A model generated the notes under the pieces. That model had not been told where the DNA came from and did no database searches. It saw only the letters and a program-made list of their open reading frames with translations. From an uncultured Gammaproteobacteria bacterium (GTDB taxonomy: Bacteria > Patescibacteriota > Microgenomatia > Levybacterales > UBA12049), in contig CAYQEJ010000005.1 in assembly GCA_964416505.1 (NCBI GenBank), positions 22,488-86,487 of the forward strand: DNA of 64,000 bases, read 5' to 3'. The first letter of the stretch is position 1. Every line of letters begins with the position of its first letter. Of the stretch, positions 27,252 to 37,080 are shown piece after piece. Position numbers and translations under genes: made by a program.

Positions 27252-28505
27252 TTACTTTCTACGCAATATAGGAAGCTTAGTGGCCTTTGTTTCCCCAGTA
27301 CCTGTTCCCTTAACTACTGCCATGTACTCAGACGTAGAATAGGTAAACTTTCTATAAATCTCTTCAAACTGCGATGCTATTTTCTCCCAAGTGAATTTAT
27401 CTTCAACAGTTTTCCTAGCATTATTTGCTGCTTTTTCTCTAAGCTCATCGTTTGCTAAAAGAAGATTAACTTTATCAGCAATCTCTTTGCTATTTCTAGC
27501 TCTAACAAAGAATCCATTCTCTCCATCTTTAATTACTGAAAGCATTCCACCTTTTCTAGTCGCAACCACAGGTGTTCCAGCGGCCATTGCTTCAAGAATG
27601 GTCAAACCAAAAGGTTCATCCCAAACACTAGGAGATACATAAACATCTGCTCTTTCATAAAAAGCATGGAAAAGTGCAGTTTTTTCTGGATTTAGGTAAC
27701 CAATCATTAATACATTTTTTAATCCAAGAGTTTTTATCTGTTTTTCCAAATTTTCTTTCTCTACTCCACCACCAACTATTAAAACAGTTCCATTAATTTT
27801 CCTTGCTGCATTTATCAAATACTTAACACCCTTATTAACCGTAAGTCTTCCAGTGTAGAGAACAACTTTTTTACCTTTCAAGTCATATTTTTTATCAATT
27901 TCTGACATATATCTTTCATTTGCTTCATAGTTTGATATATTTACGCCCCCCATTATTACGCGGGTTTTTGACTTAAGATTTTCTCCAAACATCTTGAGAT
28001 ATCTACTTTTTGTATGCTCACTTACTGCAGTAATATATCTGGCGACAAAATTAGCATCATTTATAAGACCTACAAATCTCTTATCCTGATTTAAATACTC
28101 CAAATCACTACCGTGTGTGGTAATAATAAACTTGATTCCAAAAAGAATCTTTAAAGTTCTAGCGATTCCAGGGAGAAAAGCAGTATGAAAAACATGAATT
28201 ATTTCAGGCTTGAAATCTGCAGTAGCATCAATACTAGCTTTCAAATAAGATGTGTAAATGCTTCCAAGCTCCTGACCGTTCATATCAAAAAACTTTTTAC
28301 CTTTTGGCCATTCAGGATGACTCACGAATACTCCATTTTGAGGCGGAGTCACAATATAATGCTTAACACCTGGAAGCTTTCTCTTGTCAGGAGCAACAAT
28401 AGCCACCTCATGACCTCGCTTAACCATTTCAGAAGTAAGAGCTCTTAAAAACGATCCGCTTCCATTTCCCCAAAACGGAAACATGTATAAGTAAAGTATT
28501 TTCAT
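27252..28505 (-). CDS. Glycosyltransferase family 4
   Basis: EPFGLTILEAMAAGTPVVATRKGG. Confidence 0.8.
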   Translation of the reverse strand: MKILYLYMFPFWGNGSGSFLRALTSEMVKRGHEVAIVAPDKRKLPGVKHYIVTPPQNGVFVSHPEWPKGKKFFDMNGQELGSIYTSYLKASIDATADFKPEIIHVFHTAFLPGIARTLKILFGIKFIITTHGSDLEYLNQDKRFVGLINDANFVARYITAVSEHTKSRYLKMFGENLKSKTRVIMGGVNISNYEANERYMSEIDKKYDLKGKKVVLYTGRLTVNKGVKYLINAARKINGTVLIVGGGVEKENLEKQIKTLGLKNVLMIGYLNPEKTALFHAFYERADVYVSPSVWDEPFGLTILEAMAAGTPVVATRKGGMLSVIKDGENGFFVRARNSKEIADKVNLLLANDELREKAANNARKTVEDKFTWEKIASQFEEIYRKFTYSTSEYMAVVKGTGTGETKATKLPILRRK

Positions 28506-28531
28506 AGGCAGGAATTATAACATATTTTAAC

Positions 28532-29230
28532 CTAAAATAGCTTCTCCTTAACAACTACTAACATAAATCTTACAAGTGCAAATTGACGCTTTATTCTCCA
28601 TGGTTGGATTAATAGCCTAAACATCCATTCAAGCCCTATTCTTCGGATGAAAACCGGTGCTCTCATGACTTTTCCAGAAATAAAATCAAAAGCTCCCCCT
28701 ACTCCTACAAAAACCTTTGAATCAATGTCATTCATATGTTCATAAATCCATTTTTCCTGCTTAGGGGAACCGAATGCAACGAAAATTATATCTGCATTTA
28801 TTTCTGATAAATCCTCAGGAGGATTTTCAGACACAAAAGAAACTTTGAGGCTGGGATATTTTTTCTTTAAGCAGTCAGATGTAAGTTGTGCTACGTTTTC
28901 TCTACCCCCCAGAAATCCCACGGTTATTGGCTTGTCAGCCACATTTTCTGCAATCCCAGTGACTAAATCTACCCCATGAACCCTACCCCTGAACTTCTTT
29001 CCAAAGATTTTTCCTGCGATAACTATCCCTACACCATCACACACAGCTAAATCAGCAGAATTTAACACCTTCTCATAGCTATTATCATCCCTAGCAAGCA
29101 TTACAATTTCAGGATTTACCGTAACGATAAATGTTTTATTTTCATTTTTTTGTGCTTTTTTAATAACATACTCTAGGACTTCATCAAAACTAGCATTTTC
29201 TATTCTGTTAATTATGTCTTTGATTTTCAT
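28532..29230 (-). CDS. WecB/TagA/CpsF-family glycosyltransferase (GT26)
   Basis: IIFVAFGSPKQEKWI and VGVGGAFDFISGKVMRAP...WMFRL match GT26 signatures. Confidence 0.8.
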   Translation of the reverse strand: MKIKDIINRIENASFDEVLEYVIKKAQKNENKTFIVTVNPEIVMLARDDNSYEKVLNSADLAVCDGVGIVIAGKIFGKKFRGRVHGVDLVTGIAENVADKPITVGFLGGRENVAQLTSDCLKKKYPSLKVSFVSENPPEDLSEINADIIFVAFGSPKQEKWIYEHMNDIDSKVFVGVGGAFDFISGKVMRAPVFIRRIGLEWMFRLLIQPWRIKRQFALVRFMLVVVKEKLF

Positions 29231-29466
29231 AAAACTAGTAATTTACTATGAGATTTTTAAATGGCGCATTATTTAATAAAAAAAGACGTATATGGGTATA
29301 AGAATTATTCAAAATTAGCCTCAAACAACGAGCGCATGAAGTGAATATTTTGCTGACAGAAGATCTTTTAACAGAATAATGACTATATACACATCCTACT
29401 GTGAAATATTTTGCTCTATTTGTTAACCAAATGGAAAGTTTCATATTAATCCTAATTACTTTAGGA

Positions 29467-30483
29467 CTATTTTCTTGAAATACTTCTCTTATAAAGTTCT
29501 ATATTTTCCAAAGCTACCCCTGTTCCCCGAACTACACACAACAAAGCATCTTCAGCCACGTGACAAGGCACACCTGTTTGCTTTGTCATAAGCTTGTCGA
29601 AATTATTCAAAAGCGAAGTACCTCCGCTCATAACAATACCTTTATCTATAATATCACTCGCAAGCTCGGGAGGAGTTTTCTCAAGAACACCTTTTACACC
29701 CTGAATTATCTCCATTAATATTGGGGTAATAGCCTCATTCACTTGCTCTTGCGTAAACTCAATCGTACGAGGAAGACCCGTAATACTATCTCTACCTCTT
29801 ATTTCCATCTTTTTATCAGAAGCCTCTTTTTTATCCTCAATCAAGGCGGTAGCAAGCTCAATCTTTATTTCCTCTGCGGTTCTTTCACCTATCAGTAGAT
29901 TGAATTTCTTTTTTGCATAATTAGCAATTGCCTCATCAATTTTATTTCCACCCATTCTCACGGAGTCGTGAACAACTACGCCTCCTAAAGAAATCACTGC
30001 AATTTCAGTCGAACCTCCACCCATATCAACCACCATATGGCCTGCCGGCTGAGCAATTGGAATCCTTGCACCGATAGCCGCTGCCAAAGGCTCATCTATT
30101 AAATATGCTACTTTTGCTCCAGCAGACATTGTTGCGTCCAAGACTGCACGACGCTCCACCTGAGTAACACCCGATGGAATACAAACCATTACTTCTGGCT
30201 TAAAGAATCTCGAAGCACCAGTTGCCTTGTCTATAAAATATGAAAGCATTGCTTCCGTTATGGTGTAATCTGCAATTACTCCATCTCTAAGTGGCCTCAT
30301 CGCTACGATATTTCCAGGAGTACGCCCCAGCATTTCTTTTGCTTCTTTTCCGACAGCTACTACTTTATTTTCCTCTGCGGTAACCGCAACCACGGTGGGC
30401 TCATTTATAACAATTCCTTCTCCACCTAAATAAACGAGAGTATTTGCAGTTCCGAGATCGATTGCTATTCTCTTTGATAACAT
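29467..30483 (-). CDS. mreB: Rod-shape determining protein MreB
   Basis: IAIDLGTANTLVY actin-fold phosphate-1 motif and DMGGGSTEIAVIS phosphate-2 motif. Confidence 0.9.
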   Translation of the reverse strand: MLSKRIAIDLGTANTLVYLGGEGIVINEPTVVAVTAEENKVVAVGKEAKEMLGRTPGNIVAMRPLRDGVIADYTITEAMLSYFIDKATGASRFFKPEVMVCIPSGVTQVERRAVLDATMSAGAKVAYLIDEPLAAAIGARIPIAQPAGHMVVDMGGGSTEIAVISLGGVVVHDSVRMGGNKIDEAIANYAKKKFNLLIGERTAEEIKIELATALIEDKKEASDKKMEIRGRDSITGLPRTIEFTQEQVNEAITPILMEIIQGVKGVLEKTPPELASDIIDKGIVMSGGTSLLNNFDKLMTKQTGVPCHVAEDALLCVVRGTGVALENIELYKRSISRK

Positions 30484-30689
30484 AGTCTAAATACATCAAG
30501 TGTTCAGAAATATAAAAAAACTTTTTCTAAACAAGCTCAAAAACAAGTGTTTTTTTCTCAGAAAAATGTATCAGAATACTTATTTAGTAGATCATTTTAG
30601 CTTTTGAGCTAAAATCCATTATAACAGCTAGACATTAACTTGCAAGTAATACCGGCTAATCGTATAATTTAACTTGCTCTCCTCAAAAA

Positions 30690-31904
30690 ATGGTAAAAAA
30701 ATTAAATAAAAATATTAATAAGCAATTAATCTTCTCAACAATCGTATTTTTGGGATTAGTATTAACTACCGTACTGGTAGTCTTATATGGTAAAGGCTAT
30801 CGATTCGGATTCGGAGAAGGAAAAATTGAATTTAACGGAACAGGACTTCTGGTAGCCAAGAGCCTACCCGACGGAGCTCAAGTCTATGTAGATGGAAAGC
30901 TAAAAACCGCTACTGATAATACCATCAACATTCCTCCGGGAGAATATGAAGTAAGTATTACCAAAGAGGGCTATTTCCCATGGATAAAAAGAGTAAAAAT
31001 TCAAGCAGAAGTAGTCACCCGGGCAGAAGCTCTTCTAATTCCTACTGCACCAAAATTGGAAAGCATTACTGAAATTGGAGCTATTAGACCAGTCATTGAC
31101 CCTACTCTCACTAAAGTTGCTTTTATAGTATCATCCCAGTCAGCATTAAAAAATGGGATATATGTATTCGATATGAGAGCTAATTCTCTCCTAACTCTTC
31201 AAAGCTCATCTACTCAAATAGTAGATGATTCACAAGATTTATTTTCAGAAAGCGAAATCTCCTGGTCTCCCGATGGAAAAGATATAATTGCCACAATTTC
31301 AGCCGGAAGAGTTAGCCCAACAACATATTTACTCGATACAGACAGGGCAAACAACCCGCCAAATGACGTAACAAATACTCTCTCATCTGTTTCAAGCACT
31401 TGGACAAAAATTAAAATCGCGAAAGATAAAGCAGCTTTCGATTCTCTACCAGGAAAACTTAAACCAATAGCCAAAGCGTATTTTAAAGTAATTTCATATT
31501 CTCCAGACCAAAACAAAATTATTTATCAGTCTTCACGCTCTGGAGAACTTCCCGTAATAATTACCCCAAGACTAATCGGAGTAAACTCCAGTCCAGAAGA
31601 AAGAAATCTTCAGGCTGGCGAATATTATGTTTACGACATAAAAGAAGATAAAAACTACAGAATGGATTCCAATAATTTTAAAGGTGCATTTAGCTGGTTC
31701 ACGGATAACAGACATATTATTTACGTAAAGAACAAAGAGCTTCATATGATGGAATATGACGGGATGAATGATACAGTAGTGTATGCAGGACCATTCATCG
31801 AAAACTATGTTTTCCCTTGGCCAGATGCCACAAGAATTGTAGTGCTTACAAATTTAGGTAATTCAAATATCACCCCAAACCTTTATACGATTAGTCTTAA
31901 GTAA
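30690..31904 (+). CDS. Membrane-anchored protein with PEGA domain and TolB-like (PD40) beta-propeller repeats
   Basis: N-terminal TM helix. PEGA-like GAQVYVDGKLKTATDNTINIPPGEYEVSITKEGY. Repeated SWSPDGKDI, YSPDQNKIIY and WFTDNRHIIY. Confidence 0.6.
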   Translation: MVKKLNKNINKQLIFSTIVFLGLVLTTVLVVLYGKGYRFGFGEGKIEFNGTGLLVAKSLPDGAQVYVDGKLKTATDNTINIPPGEYEVSITKEGYFPWIKRVKIQAEVVTRAEALLIPTAPKLESITEIGAIRPVIDPTLTKVAFIVSSQSALKNGIYVFDMRANSLLTLQSSSTQIVDDSQDLFSESEISWSPDGKDIIATISAGRVSPTTYLLDTDRANNPPNDVTNTLSSVSSTWTKIKIAKDKAAFDSLPGKLKPIAKAYFKVISYSPDQNKIIYQSSRSGELPVIITPRLIGVNSSPEERNLQAGEYYVYDIKEDKNYRMDSNNFKGAFSWFTDNRHIIYVKNKELHMMEYDGMNDTVVYAGPFIENYVFPWPDATRIVVLTNLGNSNITPNLYTISLK

Positions 31905-31913
31905 TTTACGAGG

Positions 31914-32612
31914 CTAATTTTTAAATATCGTGTCTGTTTTACGCGGTCTGGCAAAAACAAAAAGCCTCTTCAAGGTAGTCCCTGGAGGCCAGCAAGTCTG
32001 AAGAACAAGCTGCTCTCCTCCATTTGTAGCATTTGTAATTAGTGATACATCCTGAGGATCAGAAATTTGAGATCCAGTTACATAATAGTTATATCTTTCT
32101 CCTCTGTAAAAAATTACAATCTCATCTCCCTCATTTAAATCTTTTAATAGATAAAAAACCGCATTATATCTACCTGCATCCCAAAAATTATCAGCCGAAT
32201 GAGCGAATAAATAAACATTTCCCTTCAAACCTGGAAAAACAGAACCTTTAGCATGCGCTATCCCATCTTTTAAAACTGGCAGAAATGCTTCCTCGCTTAC
32301 TGGATCAACATTTGGATAAATCTTAGCACTGGCACCTATCTTTGGTATTAAAATGCTGAATTCTGAATCAACCGGACTCAATTCTTGCTCCTTAGCTCCT
32401 GTTAATAAGTCAGCAAAAGAGGCTGTTTGCCTGGGCTCAGTTGCAATATTTTCATTAACCTCAAACGAAACTCCCCTTGCCTGAATAATTCTATATTGAG
32501 CCTCATAATATCCAGCAGGACCAAAAGTAGCAAGTACTCCAAAAAGCGCAAATAAAACTAAAAAGTTTCCTATGCTCCTAAGAATTAAAAATCTAAGATC
32601 ACTTTTGCTCAT
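31914..32612 (-). CDS. Sortase-family transpeptidase
   Basis: N-terminal TM anchor. Catalytic TLxTC motif (LVLQTCWPP) and upstream His (LFAHSADNF). Confidence 0.7.
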   Translation of the reverse strand: MSKSDLRFLILRSIGNFLVLFALFGVLATFGPAGYYEAQYRIIQARGVSFEVNENIATEPRQTASFADLLTGAKEQELSPVDSEFSILIPKIGASAKIYPNVDPVSEEAFLPVLKDGIAHAKGSVFPGLKGNVYLFAHSADNFWDAGRYNAVFYLLKDLNEGDEIVIFYRGERYNYYVTGSQISDPQDVSLITNATNGGEQLVLQTCWPPGTTLKRLFVFARPRKTDTIFKN

Positions 32613-32617
32613 TATTG

Positions 32618-32691
32618 CGTCCCCGAGAGGAGTCGAACCTCCAATCTTTCCCTTAGGACGGGACTGCTCTATCCAGTTGAGCTACGGGAAC
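32618..32691 (-). tRNA. tRNA-Arg (anticodon CCT) with a G-A mismatch at the top of the anticodon stem
   Basis: Reverse complement folds as acceptor gttcccg/cggggac, D-arm tagctcaactggatagagc, anticodon loop gtcctaa, T-arm ggagg-ttcgact-cctct. Confidence 0.6.
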
Positions 32692-32733
32692 AATATTTGT
32701 ATTCTAACATATTTAGGCTTAAAATGAGGCAAA

Positions 32734-32805
32734 CGGGGTGTAGTGAATCGGTATCACGCTGCGTTCGGGACGCAGAGACACTGGGTTCAATTCCCAGCAC
32801 CCCGA
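32734..32805 (+). tRNA. tRNA-Pro (anticodon CGG)
   Basis: Acceptor cggggtg/caccccg. Anticodon stem ctgcg/cgcag with loop ttcggga. T-arm ctggg-ttcaatt-cccag. Confidence 0.8.
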
Positions 32806-32815
32806 CTCATAAAAT

Positions 32816-33499
32816 TTATGCTACAGGTTCAGCTTCCACAATCTCATGAATTCGATTTCCCAACTGAAAAGACCTCAACTCAGGTATTCTACCGGCTAGA
32901 GATCCCAATTCTCTTGGAATTTCAACACCAGCTAAACCATCCATAAATGCATTATATTCATAGCTATTTGTTGGAACACCTGTAAAACTTACAGGTAAAT
33001 TAAAGTCTTTTGTTATTCCTACAGCAAAACCTAAGGGATATCCGTCAGGAAAAATAAATCTATTTTGACCATGATTAACTCTTTCCATTCCGTTAATATA
33101 TGCAGAGAGATTTACGGGATCAATCAATAAGCCGGGATTAAATCTCATCAAATCTTGATCTGTTGCCCCCCTATCACTTAACCACTTACGAATATTTTCT
33201 GCATACGCCTCAGCGTACTCTTTGCCTTCAATTACTAATTTCTTGTCTCTTAAGTATAACTTTGTGTCAGGATCAAACCTCAAACTATTTAACCTGTGAA
33301 GCACGCTGACAGGTGGTCTCTCCGCTATCCTCCCATGGACTGATCCCATTTGCTCTGGAGTTAATTTATCAAATCTAACCTCTGGCTCAGGAACTAAAAG
33401 TCTTCTTTCTGGAGGAATTGGGGTTGTATCAGGCATCCAAACTTCAGGAATTCCTGGAACAAATTGTCCATATGCTCTTCTTTCTTTTACGCCTACCAT
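32816..33499 (-). CDS. Hypothetical protein
   Basis: ORF with locally elevated GC. Divergent from the 33603 gene. No recognisable motif. Confidence 0.45.
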   Translation of the reverse strand: MVGVKERRAYGQFVPGIPEVWMPDTTPIPPERRLLVPEPEVRFDKLTPEQMGSVHGRIAERPPVSVLHRLNSLRFDPDTKLYLRDKKLVIEGKEYAEAYAENIRKWLSDRGATDQDLMRFNPGLLIDPVNLSAYINGMERVNHGQNRFIFPDGYPLGFAVGITKDFNLPVSFTGVPTNSYEYNAFMDGLAGVEIPRELGSLAGRIPELRSFQLGNRIHEIVEAEPVA

Positions 33500-33566
33500 G
33501 GCCGCATACTAACATTTATTTTTATTAAACACAACAGTAGACATGAATTGATACATTAAAATATTC

Positions 33567-33595
33567 TTGACAGGCAAATTTTTTCCAAGTACCAT
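33567..33595 (+). promoter_or_regulatory. Consensus promoter TTGACA-17-TACCAT giving a leaderless mRNA
   Basis: The TTG start assumed by the ORF track at 33567 is the -35 hexamer itself. First ATG at 33603 is 8 nt after the -10. Confidence 0.55.
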
Positions 33596-33602
33596 ATTCT
33601 TT

Positions 33603-34496
33603 ATGCCTGCCCAAGGAGAACCACAACCGACCTCAATAGACGCTTCAGTTAGCGGATTGCCACCTATTATAGCCACAAGACCTGCTTCTCAACCAGGTGG
33701 ATTTAGAGGATTGGCTGGAAAAGTAGCAGGCGCACTCGGAAGAGGTCAAGGAGAAATTCAAGGATCTCAACCTTCATATGTAGTTTCTCAACCATTAGGA
33801 GAACCCACTTTACCTACAGCACCTGCTTGGACTCCAGACGCAACACCTGGCGTTCAACCAGCTGGAAATCCAGATTTGACTGGAAATCGACAAGCGCCTG
33901 AACTACCCGCTGACCCCTGGACTCAACCCACAGCAAAACCTGCTCCCACTGGAATACCAACAACTCCAAGATTAGATGATCTTCCAGAACCAACATTTCC
34001 TGCTTCTCCCGTTCCGCCTGCACCAAAAGCTCCAATAGTGGCTCCTGCATTACCTGAAGATCCTTTTGCTCCTGCTCCACCCCAGGCTGAATCTACAGCG
34101 CAATTAGAACCAGCAGTATCCACTCAAGCAGTTGTCTCGCCAGTTTGGACTCCAGAACCTCACGATGCTGCGATAGAACCACAACCTATCCCTACACCAT
34201 GGGATCGCCCCACAGGCGAACCAATCGATTCAGATACCACCTCAGAAGCTCCACAAGCAGGATCCGGAACTGAAACTTCAACCGCTAGACCTCCTATGTT
34301 CAGAAAAGTCGTAGATGGTGACTTAATTAGATATGAATTGACTCCTGAGGGTAGACAAGGAATGAAGGATTCATTCGTGAAAATGATAGATAGTGGCGCC
34401 TTAGACAGTTTCGCAGCTGAATTAGCAGAATCCATGGCTGATATTTCCAAAAAACCAACTACAACTACTGATACACAATCCGGTTCTGGATCATAA
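33603..34496 (+). CDS. Hypothetical Pro-rich, largely low-complexity protein
   Basis: Start re-assigned to ATG 33603. Rich in P/A/T/Q with PxxP runs. Ordered-looking C-terminal ~90 aa. Confidence 0.5.
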   Translation: MPAQGEPQPTSIDASVSGLPPIIATRPASQPGGFRGLAGKVAGALGRGQGEIQGSQPSYVVSQPLGEPTLPTAPAWTPDATPGVQPAGNPDLTGNRQAPELPADPWTQPTAKPAPTGIPTTPRLDDLPEPTFPASPVPPAPKAPIVAPALPEDPFAPAPPQAESTAQLEPAVSTQAVVSPVWTPEPHDAAIEPQPIPTPWDRPTGEPIDSDTTSEAPQAGSGTETSTARPPMFRKVVDGDLIRYELTPEGRQGMKDSFVKMIDSGALDSFAAELAESMADISKKPTTTTDTQSGSGS

Positions 34497-34550
34497 ACAA
34501 AATATTTATTTTCCTCTTGCAATTTTTTTAGTGTTGGTTAAAATATAAAA

Positions 34551-35288
34551 ATGCAGAAAAAGAATTATTCTCCTGAATCTTCAACAGCCTGGAAAGAAAA
34601 CATGGAAAAACAGCAAAAAAAAGACATGATGACGAAAATTATCATGTGGAGTGGGATCATAGCCGTCTCCGTGATAGGATTGGCAGCCCTGGTTTTCGTA
34701 GCGAATAAATCAACCGACAAAACTACTAAGGTCGAGAATGTAAATCTACCAGCACCAAGAGCTTCTGATATAACCGTAGGAAATAAAAATGCAAAAGTTG
34801 TAATTACGGAATATGCTGATTTTCAGTGCCCAGCCTGCGCAAGCTATAATCCTGTAATAAATAAAATTTTGACAGATTATCCAGACAAAGTTAAGCTTGT
34901 ATATAGATTTTTCCCTCTAAAAAGCATCCATAAAAACGCTCAAATTTCTGGCCAGGCTGGATACGCAGCAAATAAGCTTGGAAAGTTCTCAGAGATAAAA
35001 GATATGTTATATGAAAATCAAGCTAGCTGGGAAAATCTGGACGATCCAAAAGAAATATTTGAAGGCTATGCCCAAACTGCAGGCCTAGACATTACCAAAT
35101 TTAGAGAAATAATGAATTCAGATGAAGCTAAAAAGGCTGTAGAAGCTGGAGAAAATGAAGCTATTGGATTAGGCCTTAACTCTACTCCATCATTTTTTGT
35201 AAATAAAAATCAAGTTAAACCTGCTAGCTATGATGATTTCAAAAAGTTAATAGATGAAGAACTATTAAAAGACAAACCTCTCCAATAA
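34551..35288 (+). CDS. DsbA-like thioredoxin-fold thiol:disulfide oxidoreductase, membrane-anchored
   Basis: N-terminal TM helix. CPAC active-site motif in EYADFQCPACASYNP. Confidence 0.75.
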   Translation: MQKKNYSPESSTAWKENMEKQQKKDMMTKIIMWSGIIAVSVIGLAALVFVANKSTDKTTKVENVNLPAPRASDITVGNKNAKVVITEYADFQCPACASYNPVINKILTDYPDKVKLVYRFFPLKSIHKNAQISGQAGYAANKLGKFSEIKDMLYENQASWENLDDPKEIFEGYAQTAGLDITKFREIMNSDEAKKAVEAGENEAIGLGLNSTPSFFVNKNQVKPASYDDFKKLIDEELLKDKPLQ

Positions 35289-35289
35289 T

Positions 35290-35751
35290 TTATTTTTCTT
35301 CTGGAAGATATACGTGACCTAAATCAGATTTTTCCCATTCAAATATTTCTGAAGGCGAAAACATAAGTCCAATTTCTTTATCTGCTGCTTCTCTGCTCTC
35401 GGAAGCGTGGATGAGATTATATTGTTGACTCATTCCAAAATCTCCTCTTATTGTTCCAGGTTCGGCATCCCTCGATTTTGTGACTCCTGTCATCTTTCTA
35501 ATTGTATTTATAGCTTCATATCCTTCCCATAGCATTGCTACAACTGGATATGATTTCATATAATCTCGAAGTCCTGGGAAAAAGGGTTTATCTTTATGAT
35601 GAACATACCAATCTTCCAAAAGCGAATCTTCTAAAGATACCATCTTTAAGCCAACGAGTTTAAGGCCTTTTCTTTCAAACCTATGGATAACTTCTCCGAT
35701 TAAGCCTCTTTGAACTCCATCTGGTTTTACTAATACGACTGATCTTTCCAT
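35290..35751 (-). CDS. ndk: Nucleoside diphosphate kinase
   Basis: MERSVVLVKPDGVQRGLIGEV and NLIHASES (NxxHxSD active-site His). Confidence 0.9.
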   Translation of the reverse strand: MERSVVLVKPDGVQRGLIGEVIHRFERKGLKLVGLKMVSLEDSLLEDWYVHHKDKPFFPGLRDYMKSYPVVAMLWEGYEAINTIRKMTGVTKSRDAEPGTIRGDFGMSQQYNLIHASESREAADKEIGLMFSPSEIFEWEKSDLGHVYLPEEK

Positions 35752-35763
35752 ATGTATATTATA

Positions 35764-37065
35764 TTAAAGCTTTAATAGTTTTTCAAATCTCTTTTTATCT
35801 TCTTTTTCTTTTTCTGGATTTTCTCCAAAACTTCCTATTACTGCAAAATTCAGTGTTTTAGATATAAGATATTTCTTTGCTACTCTCTCTATATCTTCAA
35901 CTGTTACTTTATCAATTTTTCGCAAAACATCATCTGGATTTTCTATTGTTTTTTCCAGAATTTGCTGCATTGCATAGTATATTGATACACTTCGACTATC
36001 TTCTAGTTCCAAAACCAAGTGACCTTTTAGATACTCTTTTGCTTTTTTTAATTCCTCTTTAGAAACTAATTTTTCTCCATCCCTAAGCGCCTTTAACTCA
36101 GTAATAATTACCGAAATTGCATCATCAATTCTTTTGGGGTCAATTCCTGCAGTAACAGCCAGATATCCCGCATCAACATAGTGATCTGATGAAGCTCTTA
36201 CATAATATGCTAATCCCCTCTTTTCTCTAACCTCCGAAAACAGCCTTGAACTCATTCCTCCTCCTAAGATAGCAGACAGCACATTTAATGGATACTTATC
36301 TTTTGAATCAATTGCCACGGTTCTAACACCTAATGCTAAATGCGCCTGCTCAGTTTTCTTATACCTTATTGCTATCTGTGGTTTTAACTGAGTGTCGTTA
36401 ACAGGAAGAGGTTTTTTGGTTTTAAATCTTTTAAGAGAACTTAGATATTTGCTTGCAAGTTTTTCTCCGGCTTTAGAGTCAATTCCTCCAGCTAAAACGA
36501 CAGTCATGTTCTGGGGACTATACAATGACTTCATGTACTCAACAAAATCATCTCTATTCAGGCTTTTTATAACCTCTTTACTTTCTCCTACAGTATCCCA
36601 TCCAAGAGGAGTATCTCCGTAAAGCAAGCTTTCAAAAATATCTCCAATATGCCTCATCGGTGTATCTTCATAAAGATTTTTTTCTTCAATTATCACACCT
36701 TTCTCCTTATCTATCTCCACCTGATCAAGAAGCATATTCTGAGTCATATCCGAAAGAAGATCCAAAATGAGCTCAATATTATTCTTTCCAGCCTTAACAT
36801 AATATCCCGTGTATTCTTTTGAAGTGAATGCGTTAAACTCGCCTCCAATTCCATCTACAAGACCTGCAATTTCCATGTAGGTAGGCCTAGATTTAGTTCC
36901 CTTAAAAGCCATATGCTCCAAAAAGTGAGAGATGCCATTGTTCTTTTTTGTCTCATAACGAGATCCTGCCCCTATCATTATTAATGCGGTCGCTGACTCA
37001 AATGACGGCATTGGAACGGTAATAATTTTTAGACCGTTTGGAAGAATTTTTTTATAGTAATTCAT
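35764..37065 (-). CDS. M16-family (insulinase/pitrilysin-like) zinc peptidase
   Basis: Inverted zinc motif HFLEHMAFKGT (HxxEH). Confidence 0.8.
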   Translation of the reverse strand: MNYYKKILPNGLKIITVPMPSFESATALIMIGAGSRYETKKNNGISHFLEHMAFKGTKSRPTYMEIAGLVDGIGGEFNAFTSKEYTGYYVKAGKNNIELILDLLSDMTQNMLLDQVEIDKEKGVIIEEKNLYEDTPMRHIGDIFESLLYGDTPLGWDTVGESKEVIKSLNRDDFVEYMKSLYSPQNMTVVLAGGIDSKAGEKLASKYLSSLKRFKTKKPLPVNDTQLKPQIAIRYKKTEQAHLALGVRTVAIDSKDKYPLNVLSAILGGGMSSRLFSEVREKRGLAYYVRASSDHYVDAGYLAVTAGIDPKRIDDAISVIITELKALRDGEKLVSKEELKKAKEYLKGHLVLELEDSRSVSIYYAMQQILEKTIENPDDVLRKIDKVTVEDIERVAKKYLISKTLNFAVIGSFGENPEKEKEDKKRFEKLLKL

Positions 37066-37080
37066 TAGGTTTGGATGATA

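Noticed and set aside
29235-29444. 69-aa ORF between the GT26 gene and mreB
   Set aside because: Cys/Arg-rich and compositionally odd, with no start signals. It is more likely intergenic promoter or terminator space for the divergent flanking genes.
33567-33602. TTG start codon proposed by the ORF track for the 33567 gene
   Set aside because: The TTG is the first triplet of a TTGACA -35 hexamer with a TACCAT -10 17 nt downstream. The first ATG, at 33603, just after the -10, is the far more plausible (leaderless) start.
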